NCBI GenBank assembly: GCA_964354975.1
Contig: CAYHBS010000004.1
Span: forward strand, 3,614 to 67,613
Source: an uncultured Candidatus Saccharibacteria bacterium
Lineage (GTDB): Bacteria > Patescibacteriota > Minisyncoccia > Ryanbacterales > HO2-45-13
DNA length: 64,000 nt
Direction: 5' to 3'
Under the pieces are notes generated by a model, which saw nothing but the letters and a program-made list of their open reading frames with translations, did no database searches and was not told the origin of the DNA. Below are positions 49,859 to 59,977 of the stretch, piece by piece (within the stretch, counting starts at the first letter, position 1; every line of letters starts with the position of its first letter). The position numbers and the translations under genes were made by a program.

Positions 49859-49876
49859 GATTATCTTAAGATAATC
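49859..49876. promoter_or_regulatory. Perfect 18 bp palindrome gattatcttaagataatc, candidate TA operator
   Basis: Starts 8 bp upstream of the antitoxin start codon. Overlapping direct repeats atcttaaga x2. Confidence 0.5.
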
Positions 49877-49933
49877 TTTGTGTCAACCGTGCTTATGATC
49901 TTGTGATTTCATGTTTTTATGAGTAGCTGTTCG

Positions 49934-51142
49934 CTAAAATGCGGTACCGAGACTGTAGAGCGGAAGAAGCACCGAGGCAACAAGAAATGCCACGCCCCCT
50001 CCCAAAATAAGAATCATCGCTGGCTCGATGATGGAAACGAAATTTTCGACAAGCGAATCTACTTCGCGGCGGTAAAATCGGGAAAGAGACTCAAGCATGG
50101 TATTCATCTTTCCCGCTTCCTCTCCAATGCGCATCATCTGGGTGACGAGCACGGGAATATCCGCGTGACGAGACAGCGCGTCCGAAATGGTAGACCCTCC
50201 TTTCACCGCCTCAATTGCCTCTACGATAATATCTTGATAAACAACACTCCCCATCACCGATGCAGTCACTTCGAGGGATCGAATAACCGGAACTCCGGCG
50301 GAAAGTAATGTCTGTAAATTGTCGCAAAATCGCGCCATATATATCTTGCGCTCAAGTGTGCCAAGCACAGGGAGTGCAAGTAAAAATCGCTCCCATGCAA
50401 GTTGCCCCGCTGGCGTATGAACAAATCTCCATAAAAATGACCCTGCGATACCTACGAGCACAAAGATGACAATCCAAAACGCTCTAAAAAATTCTCCGGT
50501 GCCGATGACAATGCGAGTGTAAATCGGCAGTTCAATATTTTGCTCTTTAAAAATGGTTGCGAGATTTGGGATCACAATAGTGAGCATCAGCATCATGACA
50601 ATCAGGAAGGCGAGCATCACGAACGCGGGATACACCAGCGCGTTCCGCGCCTTGTTTCGTAACTCGTATTGGCGCTCTAAGTAGTCCGCAAGATAATTAA
50701 ATACCTGTCCTAATTTTCCGGATTCCTCTCCGGACCGCACCATATTGACATAAAACTCGGAAAACAACTTCGGATGTTTTGTCATCGCGGCCGACATTGG
50801 CTGTCCTCCTTGAATATCCTCGAGTACTTGTTGGAGAATGGTGCGAATGGTATTTTTTTCTACCTCCCCCGCCATGGTTTTGAGCGCTTCCAGTACCGGA
50901 ATTTTTGCGTCAAAGAGTGTGGCGAGCTGTCGAGAAATAAGTACCACATCACGATTACTCACGCGCTCCAGTGAAACCCCAAGCATCGCCGCAAGCCCTC
51001 CCTCGGATCCCGATGGCACCACATTCACCACAATAAAGTTACGGCGCTGAAGTCCTTCGATCGCCGCATCCATAGAAACGGCTTCAAGCTGCCCTTCTTT
51101 GAGGGCGCCGTCGGTGGTGCGAACCTTGTAGTTAAATAACAT
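49934..51142 (-). CDS. pilC: Type IV pilus platform protein PilC/GspF
   Basis: 402 aa with the two GspF repeat domains. Confidence 0.9.
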   Translation of the reverse strand: MLFNYKVRTTDGALKEGQLEAVSMDAAIEGLQRRNFIVVNVVPSGSEGGLAAMLGVSLERVSNRDVVLISRQLATLFDAKIPVLEALKTMAGEVEKNTIRTILQQVLEDIQGGQPMSAAMTKHPKLFSEFYVNMVRSGEESGKLGQVFNYLADYLERQYELRNKARNALVYPAFVMLAFLIVMMLMLTIVIPNLATIFKEQNIELPIYTRIVIGTGEFFRAFWIVIFVLVGIAGSFLWRFVHTPAGQLAWERFLLALPVLGTLERKIYMARFCDNLQTLLSAGVPVIRSLEVTASVMGSVVYQDIIVEAIEAVKGGSTISDALSRHADIPVLVTQMMRIGEEAGKMNTMLESLSRFYRREVDSLVENFVSIIEPAMILILGGGVAFLVASVLLPLYSLGTAF

Positions 51143-51263
51143 GGGGAAGAATTTCTAATTTCTAAATCATTAAATCACAAGAACATGAAAACATGGGAGC
51201 GGGGAGGGGGTTGAAGGCCACACATCTCATGGGGCAATTAATCATATCAATCACCTGCGGTGA

Positions 51264-52328
51264 TTACCTAAGAAGTAATTTAAACTCATCCGGTTTCAAG
51301 CTGTAATTGATTGCGTGTTCCAGCGACACCTCTCCGCGCTTTACAAGATCCACCAGCGAGCGGTTGAGACTTACCATTCCCTCCTGCGAGCTCGTGTCAA
51401 TGACCATTGGAATTTCGTGCGTCTTCCCTTCTCGTATCAGGTTCCGCACCGCAGAGTTTGCAATGAGGAGTTCATACGCAGGAATGAGTCCTCCGGATAT
51501 CCGGGGGATGAGTCGCTGCGAAAAAATACCAATCATGGTGGCGGCGAGTTGCGCGCGAATCTGCTGCTGTTGATGCCCCGGAAAACTATCGAGAATACGA
51601 TCAATCGTTTGCGAGGCGGAGTTGGTGTGCAGCGACGAAAAAATCAGGTGCCCGGTTTCTGCGGCGGTCACTGCGGCTGACATGGTTTCTGGGTCTCTCA
51701 TTTCACCGATCATCCCCACGTTTACATCTTGGCGAAACATTGCGCGAAGCGCGCTTGCAAAATCAGATGCATCGATGCCAATTTCACGCTGACTGATGAC
51801 AGATCTGTCCTGCGTAAACATGTACTCAATAGGATCTTCGATCGTCACAATGTGTTCCGCTCGCGTGTGGTTGATGAGATCCACCAGCGCCGCGAGCGTC
51901 GTTGATTTCCCGTGTCCCGTGGGGCCGGCAATCAAGAAAAACCCTTGCTCGCGGAGCGTGAACTCTTTTAAAATCTGCGGGACACCAAGGTCTTCAATGG
52001 TACGAATATGTACCGGAATCAGGCGAAGCGCGGCACCCATAAATCCGCTGTAAAAAAATGAGTTCACGCGGAAGCGCGCCTGCTCGGCGTGCTGATATGA
52101 AAAATCGAGTGAACGACGGCGCAAAAACTCTTCTTTCCTTCCGGCCGGGATGAGCGCACTCACAAGTCCTTCGGTTATTTCAGGGGTGAGTAAATTTTTT
52201 TTCGTAAGCGCAACCAGTTCCCCATTGACACGAATAGTTGGATACCGCCCCACGGCAATATGTAAGTCAGACGCATTCTCGCGAAGTACGGTCTCTACTA
52301 AATCTCGTATTTCTTCTCGGTAATCCAT
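51264..52328 (-). CDS. pilT: Twitching-motility retraction ATPase PilT
   Basis: Walker A GPTGHGKSTT and the AIRNLIRE-like motif (AVRNLIRE). 354 aa. Confidence 0.88.
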   Translation of the reverse strand: MDYREEIRDLVETVLRENASDLHIAVGRYPTIRVNGELVALTKKNLLTPEITEGLVSALIPAGRKEEFLRRRSLDFSYQHAEQARFRVNSFFYSGFMGAALRLIPVHIRTIEDLGVPQILKEFTLREQGFFLIAGPTGHGKSTTLAALVDLINHTRAEHIVTIEDPIEYMFTQDRSVISQREIGIDASDFASALRAMFRQDVNVGMIGEMRDPETMSAAVTAAETGHLIFSSLHTNSASQTIDRILDSFPGHQQQQIRAQLAATMIGIFSQRLIPRISGGLIPAYELLIANSAVRNLIREGKTHEIPMVIDTSSQEGMVSLNRSLVDLVKRGEVSLEHAINYSLKPDEFKLLLR

Positions 52329-52712
52329 TTACGAATGTGAACTGATAATCTGTTTTACTTTTTCAACGATCTCCGTTGGTGTGGAATATGCCTTTAACAT
52401 ATAGTCCGTTGCACCATGCGCCATACATTTTTCCTTACCTTCCTCTTCGCCGAGATTCGTCAGTACGAGCACTGGAGTCGTTTTTGTAATACCAAGTCTA
52501 TCAAGCTCCTCGATAAGATCAAAGCCGTTGGTGTGTGGCATAATCATGTCGGAAATAATCAACTGATACTTTCCTGGCGCTATTTTTGTGAGCGCTTCCT
52601 TTCCGTCGCGCGCAAACTCAAGATTAAATCCGGCTTGCTTAAACTTGAGCGCATACATTTCGAGCACAAACTCATCGTCATCGACAAAGAGTATGGCATT
52701 GGTATCGCTCAT
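52329..52712 (-). CDS. Response regulator receiver-domain protein (CheY-like)
   Basis: Asp pocket (DDDEFVLEMY...ISDMIMP...K) in a single REC domain. Confidence 0.8.
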   Translation of the reverse strand: MSDTNAILFVDDDEFVLEMYALKFKQAGFNLEFARDGKEALTKIAPGKYQLIISDMIMPHTNGFDLIEELDRLGITKTTPVLVLTNLGEEEGKEKCMAHGATDYMLKAYSTPTEIVEKVKQIISSHS

Positions 52713-52723
52713 GAGTATATCTA

Positions 52724-54445
52724 TTATAGCGCGACCTCGGAGAGACTCTCAAGGCCAATTTCTCCTTTAAAGACTTTTACGAGACCGTCTTGGCGAAGCA
52801 CAATCATACCTTGGCGTTTTGCCTCTCTCGAAATGGTGGCTTCAGTGGCGCCTTTGGCAATAATTTCCTCAAGTTCTGGCGTCATGGAAAGCACCTCCGT
52901 AATGGCAAGTCGTCCTCGCGTGCCTTTCGGACATGTCGGCGATGGTTTTGCTTCATATATCGTGTCCGGAATTTTGACCTTTTTCTTGAGGTGATCGGGG
53001 AACACTTCATACTCTGCCTCTAACTGCTCTTTCAATTTTCCCGTCACGGGTATTTCGGTACGCGAGTCTGGGCACAGTGTACGTGTCAGACGTTGCGCGA
53101 TGGCAAGCACCAGAGTCGGCGCAATAAGATACGGATCCACCCCCATATCAATAAGGCGCGGAATGACTCCAACGGAATCGTTGGTGTGCAACGTAGAAAG
53201 CACCAAGTGACCGGTGAGCGCGGCATGAATTGCAAGTTGCGCGGTTTCTTTATCGCGAATTTCTCCCACCATAATAACGTCGGGGTCTTGGCGAAGTACC
53301 GAACGGAGTCCGCTCGCAAACGAATAATCGATTTCAGGGCGTACCTGCGATTGATTGAGTCCTTCAATGTAATATTCGATGGGGTCTTCCAAACTCACAA
53401 TGTTGCGTCCCTCATCGTTAATAATTTGCAACATTGCGTAGAGTGTGGTGGATTTTCCGGATCCGGTAGGACCGGTAATAAGCACCATACCGAACGGACG
53501 CTTCAGACCTTCTTGAATGAGCTGTAAATTTTTTCCGGTGTATCCGAGATTTTCAAGATCATTGACGCCACGCGATGGATCCAGAATACGAATCGCTACT
53601 TTTTCTCCGTAATATGTGGGAAACGTGGAAACACGAAAATCAATGTCATTTCCGTCGAGTGATACTTTAAATCTGCCGTCTTGTGGCTTGCGCTTCTCGT
53701 CGATTTTGAGATTCGACATAATCTTGATACGCGAAATCACCGCTTCGTGCACGCGCATTGGAAGTAAAATACTCGTGTAGAGCACACCGTCCACACGAAA
53801 ACGCACACGGAGTTTTTCCTTCCCTGGTTCAATATGAATGTCGGAAGCGCGCCCTTCAATCGCGTGGCGAATAATCACCTGTACTGTTTTTGTAATTGGA
53901 GCGTCCTCCTTGATTTGCTCAATTGCATCCTCGCGAGTTGCCTTTATTTCCATCTCCGACTCTTTCTTCTGCTCATCGGCCTGCATCACCGACAACGCCT
54001 CTTCTACCTCTCCGGAAAGTCCCCCATAGTTTTTGATGACCGATTCGAAATCGGACTGCGAAATGAGATAAATGCGAAACGCGCGGTTTGTCCCGGACGA
54101 AATAAACTGGAGCGCCTCGCGCGCCTCAATGTCTTCGGGATTGACCATGCCCACTTCCAAAATACCGTCGTCGCTCAATGCAAGTGGTACAAATTTATAC
54201 TGCGTCGCAGTATCTTTCGGGATGAATTTGAGCGTATCAAACTCAATGGTTTTTTCTGTCACGTGGCGCGCCGGTATACCAAGGAGCGCGGATTTTGCCT
54301 CCAGTATCCGCTCCTTTGCAACGCCGCGACGCACGAGTATTTCCTCTGGATCCGCGCCAGAAACACGCGCTTCATTACGAATCGCGGACGCGTCATCAAG
54401 CGTTATGGTATTTTGTGCGACAAGGACGTCGAGCAGGGATTGCAT
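52724..54445 (-). CDS. pilB: Type IV pilus assembly ATPase PilB/GspE
   Basis: Walker A GPTGSGKSTT, Asp/His boxes and a tetra-Cys motif. 573 aa. Confidence 0.9.
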   Translation of the reverse strand: MQSLLDVLVAQNTITLDDASAIRNEARVSGADPEEILVRRGVAKERILEAKSALLGIPARHVTEKTIEFDTLKFIPKDTATQYKFVPLALSDDGILEVGMVNPEDIEAREALQFISSGTNRAFRIYLISQSDFESVIKNYGGLSGEVEEALSVMQADEQKKESEMEIKATREDAIEQIKEDAPITKTVQVIIRHAIEGRASDIHIEPGKEKLRVRFRVDGVLYTSILLPMRVHEAVISRIKIMSNLKIDEKRKPQDGRFKVSLDGNDIDFRVSTFPTYYGEKVAIRILDPSRGVNDLENLGYTGKNLQLIQEGLKRPFGMVLITGPTGSGKSTTLYAMLQIINDEGRNIVSLEDPIEYYIEGLNQSQVRPEIDYSFASGLRSVLRQDPDVIMVGEIRDKETAQLAIHAALTGHLVLSTLHTNDSVGVIPRLIDMGVDPYLIAPTLVLAIAQRLTRTLCPDSRTEIPVTGKLKEQLEAEYEVFPDHLKKKVKIPDTIYEAKPSPTCPKGTRGRLAITEVLSMTPELEEIIAKGATEATISREAKRQGMIVLRQDGLVKVFKGEIGLESLSEVAL

Positions 54446-54460
54446 AGCATAGGAAGAATA

Positions 54461-54787
54461 CTAGAACGGAAGGAATGGGTTTGCATTCCGGTAATTGGTT
54501 GGTGGATCAATACGCACCGATCCGTCACGAAGCGCACGAAATTGTGGGTCCTGAAACATCTGGCTATTGAGTTTAATCTCCCCATTTTCTTCTGGAATGG
54601 CGTCAATTCGATTCAGCGTCTCTACTACCTCCCGATACATTCCTGCCGATTCCGCGGTACCGGATTGCGTAATGGTTCCGTCGGAAGCGGGCGCGCGCAT
54701 GCTGTAATACAGCACCACCACTCCTCCAACAAGCACCAGAAGAAGAATGAAAATGATATTTTGATTTGTACCTCCGGAGTCTTGCAT
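54461..54787 (-). CDS. Hypothetical pilus-associated membrane protein
   Basis: Single TM. Start trimmed to MQDSGGT; the ORF track extends to 54904. Confidence 0.35.
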   Translation of the reverse strand: MQDSGGTNQNIIFILLLVLVGGVVVLYYSMRAPASDGTITQSGTAESAGMYREVVETLNRIDAIPEENGEIKLNSQMFQDPQFRALRDGSVRIDPPTNYRNANPFLPF

Positions 54788-54788
54788 A

Positions 54789-55310
54789 TTATTCGCCAAC
54801 GTAATATGATTTTGCGTTGATATTAAAAGAATATTCGTCAGATTCCCCTGCTGTGAACGCAACGGTTTGCATATCAGTGAGGCGTACCATGTATTCAATC
54901 TCATTCAAAAAATTAATGAGCGCTCCGTACGTGCCTTTCACACCAATCGTCACATCGAGTGTGGAGAGATTTCCTTCATCCCCTGTCTTTCCGCTTGGTT
55001 TGAGCGCCAAAGATTCGAGTTCTACGTTCCCGCGAGACACCATACCATTGAGCATGAGCAGCATATCTTCACGAGAAGATCCCGTGGGAATCATTTTATC
55101 CAACTTCTCGCGGTCCCCAGGGGAAATGGTATTAAAACTTGTCTGCATCTGATCAAGTTTCATTTTTGCGCGTTCAATGTGAGCCACTTTCTGTTCAAGA
55201 TCGTCCAGTTCCACCCGCACTCCCCCAATGTCAGCCCAAATATTTGTGCCAATTGCGTACATCGCGCCGAGTGATCCCAGAATGAGTATGATTCCTAATA
55301 AATTTTTCAT
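54789..55310 (-). CDS. PilO-like pilus assembly protein
   Basis: N-terminal TM and a coiled-coil. Position between pilN-like and pilB. Confidence 0.5.
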   Translation of the reverse strand: MKNLLGIILILGSLGAMYAIGTNIWADIGGVRVELDDLEQKVAHIERAKMKLDQMQTSFNTISPGDREKLDKMIPTGSSREDMLLMLNGMVSRGNVELESLALKPSGKTGDEGNLSTLDVTIGVKGTYGALINFLNEIEYMVRLTDMQTVAFTAGESDEYSFNINAKSYYVGE

Positions 55311-55888
55311 GGGTTGGAAGTGGGGGTCACTTGAGACCCGATACGCGGAAGCGCATTGGCCTTTACTATTAACGCGACCGAAAACGATATTGATTTATCA
55401 TCTCCAAGTTGCATATTATCAAACTCTACTTTTTCGATATTGGGATTTTGTCGGTATCCCACAAGCTGTTCTGCAAATGCACGGTCAGTTTTTGCAACGG
55501 CGGAAAGGGTAATCGAACGCGTGGTTGGCACATATGCAAATGACGTATAGCGGACATCGCGCGTGGTGGCGCGTTCAAGAATATCAAACACGGGAGAAAC
55601 GCGTGTGTGTGCATTTAGCAGTGTCACCCCACGATCAATAGAGTCTGCAAAATTAAGCAGGGATTTTTTCTCTGGTGTCGCAACGTCATTTTTAAACACT
55701 TCAATTTGTGCGCGTGCATTATTCCTTTGACGGATAAGATACTGTTTGTATCCATAGAGTCCTCCAATCAGGATGAGTGCCATCACTACAAAAATGAACC
55801 CCATCACGAGGGTAAACGAAACAGGTTCCCGCCGCGAAATGGGAAGCGGTGCGCGCGTTGGCATAGGTGGCAAAGGTACGCCTGACAT
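55307..55888 (-). CDS. PilN-like pilus assembly protein
   Basis: Single TM plus a periplasmic domain, immediately after pilM. Confidence 0.5.
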   Translation of the reverse strand: MSGVPLPPMPTRAPLPISRREPVSFTLVMGFIFVVMALILIGGLYGYKQYLIRQRNNARAQIEVFKNDVATPEKKSLLNFADSIDRGVTLLNAHTRVSPVFDILERATTRDVRYTSFAYVPTTRSITLSAVAKTDRAFAEQLVGYRQNPNIEKVEFDNMQLGDDKSISFSVALIVKANALPRIGSQVTPTSNP

Positions 55889-55943
55889 GTAGCTGTCTAT
55901 ATTCTACACGAAAGTAGCACGACTGTGATGTGCATATCTGATA

Positions 55944-57062
55944 TTACCGTGCGTTAAATCCCGCAAACGCGAGTCCCACAGCAACGGCAAATGGTGGAGC
56001 AATTGATTTTGCAATAGGTTCCATAGCGGCGGGATACTCAAGGAGCATAAATGGATTTCCGAGCGCGGTCTCAAGTCCAAAAAATTGCGCTGCGTATTCC
56101 ACAAGTCCGGGAAGTAACGCGGTGCCCCCGACCAGTATGACTTTCGTTGCATCATGTCCAACGGTTTTTTGGTAATGCCTCCGAAGCCGTTCGACATCTT
56201 GAAAGATTGCATCAATAACTGGAAGAAGGGTAGCGCGTACTTCGCGCGTTTCTGGGCGATCGATAATACCAGAAGAACGTTTCATTTCTTCCGCGCGCTG
56301 AAATTCTACGTTCATTGCTTGTGCAAGCGTGAGCGTTAAATTTTGTCCGCCACGTTCACTTCCCAGTACGCTACGAATGCTCCCCTGTTCTACAATGGCA
56401 ATTTTTGTTGTTGCCGCTCCAACATCTATCACAACGGTTGGTGTGCGAATGCGCCCAATGACGCTTCGCACCGCGCTCGACACCTCAAGTTCAATGACTG
56501 CAGAAGAGAGTCCAACGCTGTCGACAATGCGCGCATAGTACGATTCCATTTCGCGCTGCAGTGCGGTGAGTAAAATTGGAATTTTCCCTTGTTTCTGCTG
56601 TTGTTCTTCGGGAGAGAGTTGAATATATTCCCATGACGTATTCACCTCTGAAATTGGGAGCGGAATATATTTACGTGCCTCAAATTGCACGGTGGATGCA
56701 ATTTCTGCAGCAGGCATTTGCGGAAGCTCTAACATTTTCATAAATCCATATCGGAGGGGTAGCGCGATTGCCGCAGCACGTGCAGTTGCCTCTGATTCTT
56801 TGAGGAGATCTTTGAGCATTTGAGAAAGTCGTTCGTCAGTGGGCGCGACCACGCGACCAATCTCTCTTCCTTCGTATATGCCCGTGGATAGTTCTCCGTA
56901 CGTAGAAAGTACCGCGCGATCTTTAAGGAGTTGCACCTGGGCAATTTTGATCGAAGCGGCGCCAATATCCACACCGATCACCGTGCCCGGCGCGGACTTT
57001 TTCGACCCAAAAATTTTCAGTTTTCCCAACTGAAATCCCATTCCTGCAAAGTAGTATATCAT
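55944..57062 (-). CDS. pilM: Type IV pilus assembly protein PilM (actin-like ATPase)
   Basis: Actin/FtsA-like fold motifs (VIGVDIGAASIKIA, DVGAATTKIAIV). Confidence 0.85.
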   Translation of the reverse strand: MIYYFAGMGFQLGKLKIFGSKKSAPGTVIGVDIGAASIKIAQVQLLKDRAVLSTYGELSTGIYEGREIGRVVAPTDERLSQMLKDLLKESEATARAAAIALPLRYGFMKMLELPQMPAAEIASTVQFEARKYIPLPISEVNTSWEYIQLSPEEQQQKQGKIPILLTALQREMESYYARIVDSVGLSSAVIELEVSSAVRSVIGRIRTPTVVIDVGAATTKIAIVEQGSIRSVLGSERGGQNLTLTLAQAMNVEFQRAEEMKRSSGIIDRPETREVRATLLPVIDAIFQDVERLRRHYQKTVGHDATKVILVGGTALLPGLVEYAAQFFGLETALGNPFMLLEYPAAMEPIAKSIAPPFAVAVGLAFAGFNAR

Positions 57063-57068
57063 GGAGTC

Positions 57069-57773
57069 ATGAACACACGTGAGCGCGCTTGGGAATATCT
57101 GTGCACACAGATTGGGTCATTGTTGTTCCCTTCGTACTGCGTTGGTTGTCATACGCCGCACACATTACTGTGTCATGCATGTGCCGGCGTGCTCTTCGCT
57201 CCTCCCTCAAAATGCTTACTCTGTGCGCGTCCGGTGCTTGGTGGAATATGTAGAGATTGCGCAAAGAAAAGCGCGATAACACACATCGATGCATATGCTC
57301 CCTACAGGCACCCGCTTGCGCGTGCGCTTGTCACGGGAACAAAGTACCACTATGAACACGCGCTTGCACGTCCAATCGGTACACTCCTTGCAACGCTTCT
57401 TACAGATGTTCCCGCAAACTCGTTGTTCGTACCAATCCCGCTTCATAGAAAAAAACTCCGCGAGCGCGGATTCAATCAATCACACCTCATAGCGCGAAGT
57501 ATTGCAGCAGAGCTCCATATTCCTATCGAAGAAACCGATTCGCTCTATCGTACGCGCTACACTCCCCCACAAGCGCGCACGACGTCCCGAAAAGAACGGC
57601 GCGCACATCTTGCCTCCGCATTTGCTCTTCAAAATACAACGGTGTTGACGGGAAAACACCTCATCCTCGTCGATGATGTCATCACCAGCGGCGCTACTGC
57701 ACGCGAAGCAGCGCGCACCCTTGTGCGCGCTGCTCCCGCATCTATTCGCGTGCTCGCATTTGCGTACGGCTAA
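57069..57773 (+). CDS. comFC: Competence protein ComFC (phosphoribosyltransferase domain)
   Basis: N-terminal CxxC...CxxC and the PRTase motif LILVDDVITSGAT. Start trimmed from the ORF at 56931. Confidence 0.8.
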   Translation: MNTRERAWEYLCTQIGSLLFPSYCVGCHTPHTLLCHACAGVLFAPPSKCLLCARPVLGGICRDCAKKSAITHIDAYAPYRHPLARALVTGTKYHYEHALARPIGTLLATLLTDVPANSLFVPIPLHRKKLRERGFNQSHLIARSIAAELHIPIEETDSLYRTRYTPPQARTTSRKERRAHLASAFALQNTTVLTGKHLILVDDVITSGATAREAARTLVRAAPASIRVLAFAYG

Positions 57774-58498
57774 ATCACCAGCTCTCTTCGCTTTCCTTTC
57801 ACTTCCACAATACTGGTGGACGCAATATATGCCGCCATTGCGCTCGCGAGCGCAAGAAGTCTCGTCACCGGAATAACTGCGCCGGTTGCAATACCCATCT
57901 CTTCAAGCGACCCGGAGATGGCGAGTACCATCACGGAGAGTGTTGCAAACAACACAAATTTTCGTTCAATGTGTGGAATGCGTTGGTCAAAGAGCGCCCG
58001 AAGCATCATGAGTCCCGCCACAAAGAGTGCGGGCACAATTGCAATGGCATACAATTCTTGAGAAAATTTCGTCAATACAAATGTATTCGTAAAGAACGCT
58101 TCACCGTGCACCTGCAGACCAAACACGAAGACCGACCACGTAAAAATAAGCGCAAGTGACATAAGTGGAATGAAGAGTAGCCAAAGTGCTCTGCGATTTT
58201 GCAAACGCGCGTGAAAAAAAATGATGAGTGTCACCAGTGCGATACCAATACCAATTTGAGAAAGAAGTGAAAAGTTATAAGAAAGTGGACCCTTCCCTTT
58301 CCAAAGTAAAAAATCAGAAAATCCGGTGAACATCCAGACGATACCGATAATAAACCAGAAGAGCGAAAAAAAGAGCGCCTGGAGGTGAATGTTGAGCGCC
58401 ACAAGGTCGCGCTTGCGTAAAAAATAATAGAACTGCGCAATCGCGATGAGCGCAATTGATCCGGCAACAAGCGCCATAAAGAGCATGCCGTTTGTCAT
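57770..58498 (-). CDS. Polytopic membrane protein, hypothetical
   Basis: Seven to eight TM helices. Confidence 0.5.
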   Translation of the reverse strand: MTNGMLFMALVAGSIALIAIAQFYYFLRKRDLVALNIHLQALFFSLFWFIIGIVWMFTGFSDFLLWKGKGPLSYNFSLLSQIGIGIALVTLIIFFHARLQNRRALWLLFIPLMSLALIFTWSVFVFGLQVHGEAFFTNTFVLTKFSQELYAIAIVPALFVAGLMMLRALFDQRIPHIERKFVLFATLSVMVLAISGSLEEMGIATGAVIPVTRLLALASAMAAYIASTSIVEVKGKRRELVI

Positions 58499-58672
58499 AC
58501 TATATATAGTATACGCGATAGCGCTGCGGCGGTGCAGCGCTCCTGTTGATGGCCCTCACACCAGAATGCAGAGACTATGACACATGCAAATGACTCTGGG
58601 TGCGCATTCGGTGTGGGGTTTCGCGTTTCTCACTCACCAACCACACGTGAGATGGTGTGTTTCGAGAAATGC

Positions 58673-59398
58673 TCAATTTTTCGGCGTACCTGGAACCACC
58701 TCGGTGGACACTACGCGGATCTTGTCAGCGGTAAATTGATAGAAAATCTTGAGCGTTGGTAAATCGGGACAACACCGTGCGGCGTCCGCCGAGTAACCGG
58801 GAACGGTTTCAACCACCATATTGCGCTCCACGTGCACTTCGTTGTACCCCATGAATTGATAGTTTTTCCCGTCCAGCACGCCGTCAAGTAGTGTTCCTCG
58901 TGGATATACGTTCGCTTTCCCGTTACGCAGCGTAATGATTTCCCATTCCATCGATGTGCCCGTTCCCGCATATTCTTTTTTCACGACAAGTACTTTACTA
59001 CTCGCAGTGTCAAGCGTGTCGAGCTCTATTGATTCAGGGGCTTCTTTGTCGGCGTCAGCGCGGTATACAGTTTCCCATTTTCCATCCTCACAAACATCAA
59101 TAACAAGACCGGATGATGGAAGCAGATAGTCATCATTTCCGGCAGATTTGAATGTGCGCACGAGCTCAATCTCACTTGTTGCGTCCATTTCAATCGTCCG
59201 CTCTTCTGTCACGTTGCCAGTGGTAATGCTTGGAGCGTCCGCGATATCACATTTCGTATTTTCTGGACTGGCAATTTGTCCTGCTTGGTACGCAAGCTCT
59301 CTCCCACTTTGCGTTCGTGTGAGATACACACCCCCCACGAGCACGATGATTGCCACACTAATACCAAGTAGGCGCGAACGAGATATGTGTGAAGGCAT
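58673..59398 (-). CDS. Secreted/membrane-anchored hypothetical protein
   Basis: N-terminal signal-anchor. Confidence 0.5.
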   Translation of the reverse strand: MPSHISRSRLLGISVAIIVLVGGVYLTRTQSGRELAYQAGQIASPENTKCDIADAPSITTGNVTEERTIEMDATSEIELVRTFKSAGNDDYLLPSSGLVIDVCEDGKWETVYRADADKEAPESIELDTLDTASSKVLVVKKEYAGTGTSMEWEIITLRNGKANVYPRGTLLDGVLDGKNYQFMGYNEVHVERNMVVETVPGYSADAARCCPDLPTLKIFYQFTADKIRVVSTEVVPGTPKN

Positions 59399-59459
59399 AA
59401 GTGCTCTTTATCATACAATCCTGAGGCGCACACATCAAAGCCATATGTGCGACAAACCC

Positions 59460-59499
59460 AATGTGCAACTTTTCCGCGGTCGCGGAAAAGTTGCACATT
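59460..59499. repeat. 40 bp near-perfect palindrome aatgtgcaacttttccgc-ggtc-gcggaaaagttgcacatt
   Basis: 18 bp perfect arms. No flanking T-run. Confidence 0.5.
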
Positions 59500-59566
59500 C
59501 GTTATGAACGCAACACACAACATCAACAGAAAAGCGCCGTCGTCTTACGACTCGGGCGCTTGGTGT

Positions 59567-59764
59567 TCAACACTTGGTGAGTGCCACGGCGGGATAGAGC
59601 ACACCATCAGCACCCTCGCGCAAAGTGATCTTTCCAACCACGCGCGCGATTATGGTCTCACAACGCGTCACCACTACTACTGCGGGCGTGCCCATGCTGA
59701 CGCTTTCATCGCACATCGACACGTCGATCAGATGGGCACAATTCGGATTTACGCACTGCTCCAT
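59567..59764 (-). CDS. Hypothetical small Cys-containing protein
   Basis: Translationally coupled to the upstream ORF. Confidence 0.3.
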   Translation of the reverse strand: MEQCVNPNCAHLIDVSMCDESVSMGTPAVVVVTRCETIIARVVGKITLREGADGVLYPAVALTKC

Positions 59765-59766
59765 GT

Positions 59767-59976
59767 TTAATCCCTCCCAAACTCTCTATCCATCGCGTGA
59801 TTGAGAGCAATCTTGGCCAGAAGCTCTGGCAACTGTGCATCCAGCCACTTTGCCGTCTTGGCCAACCGTACGACATCAAGATCAACTGATGGCTTTGTAC
59901 GCCAGAGCTCGTCGCGGATCGGCGCATCAATGATGCCGTTTGTGATGAGAATCCGATCAAACTCTGATCTCTCCAT
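59767..59976 (-). CDS. Hypothetical protein
   Basis: 69 aa ORF in the same operon-like run. Confidence 0.35.
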   Translation of the reverse strand: MERSEFDRILITNGIIDAPIRDELWRTKPSVDLDVVRLAKTAKWLDAQLPELLAKIALNHAMDREFGRD

Positions 59977-59977
59977 C

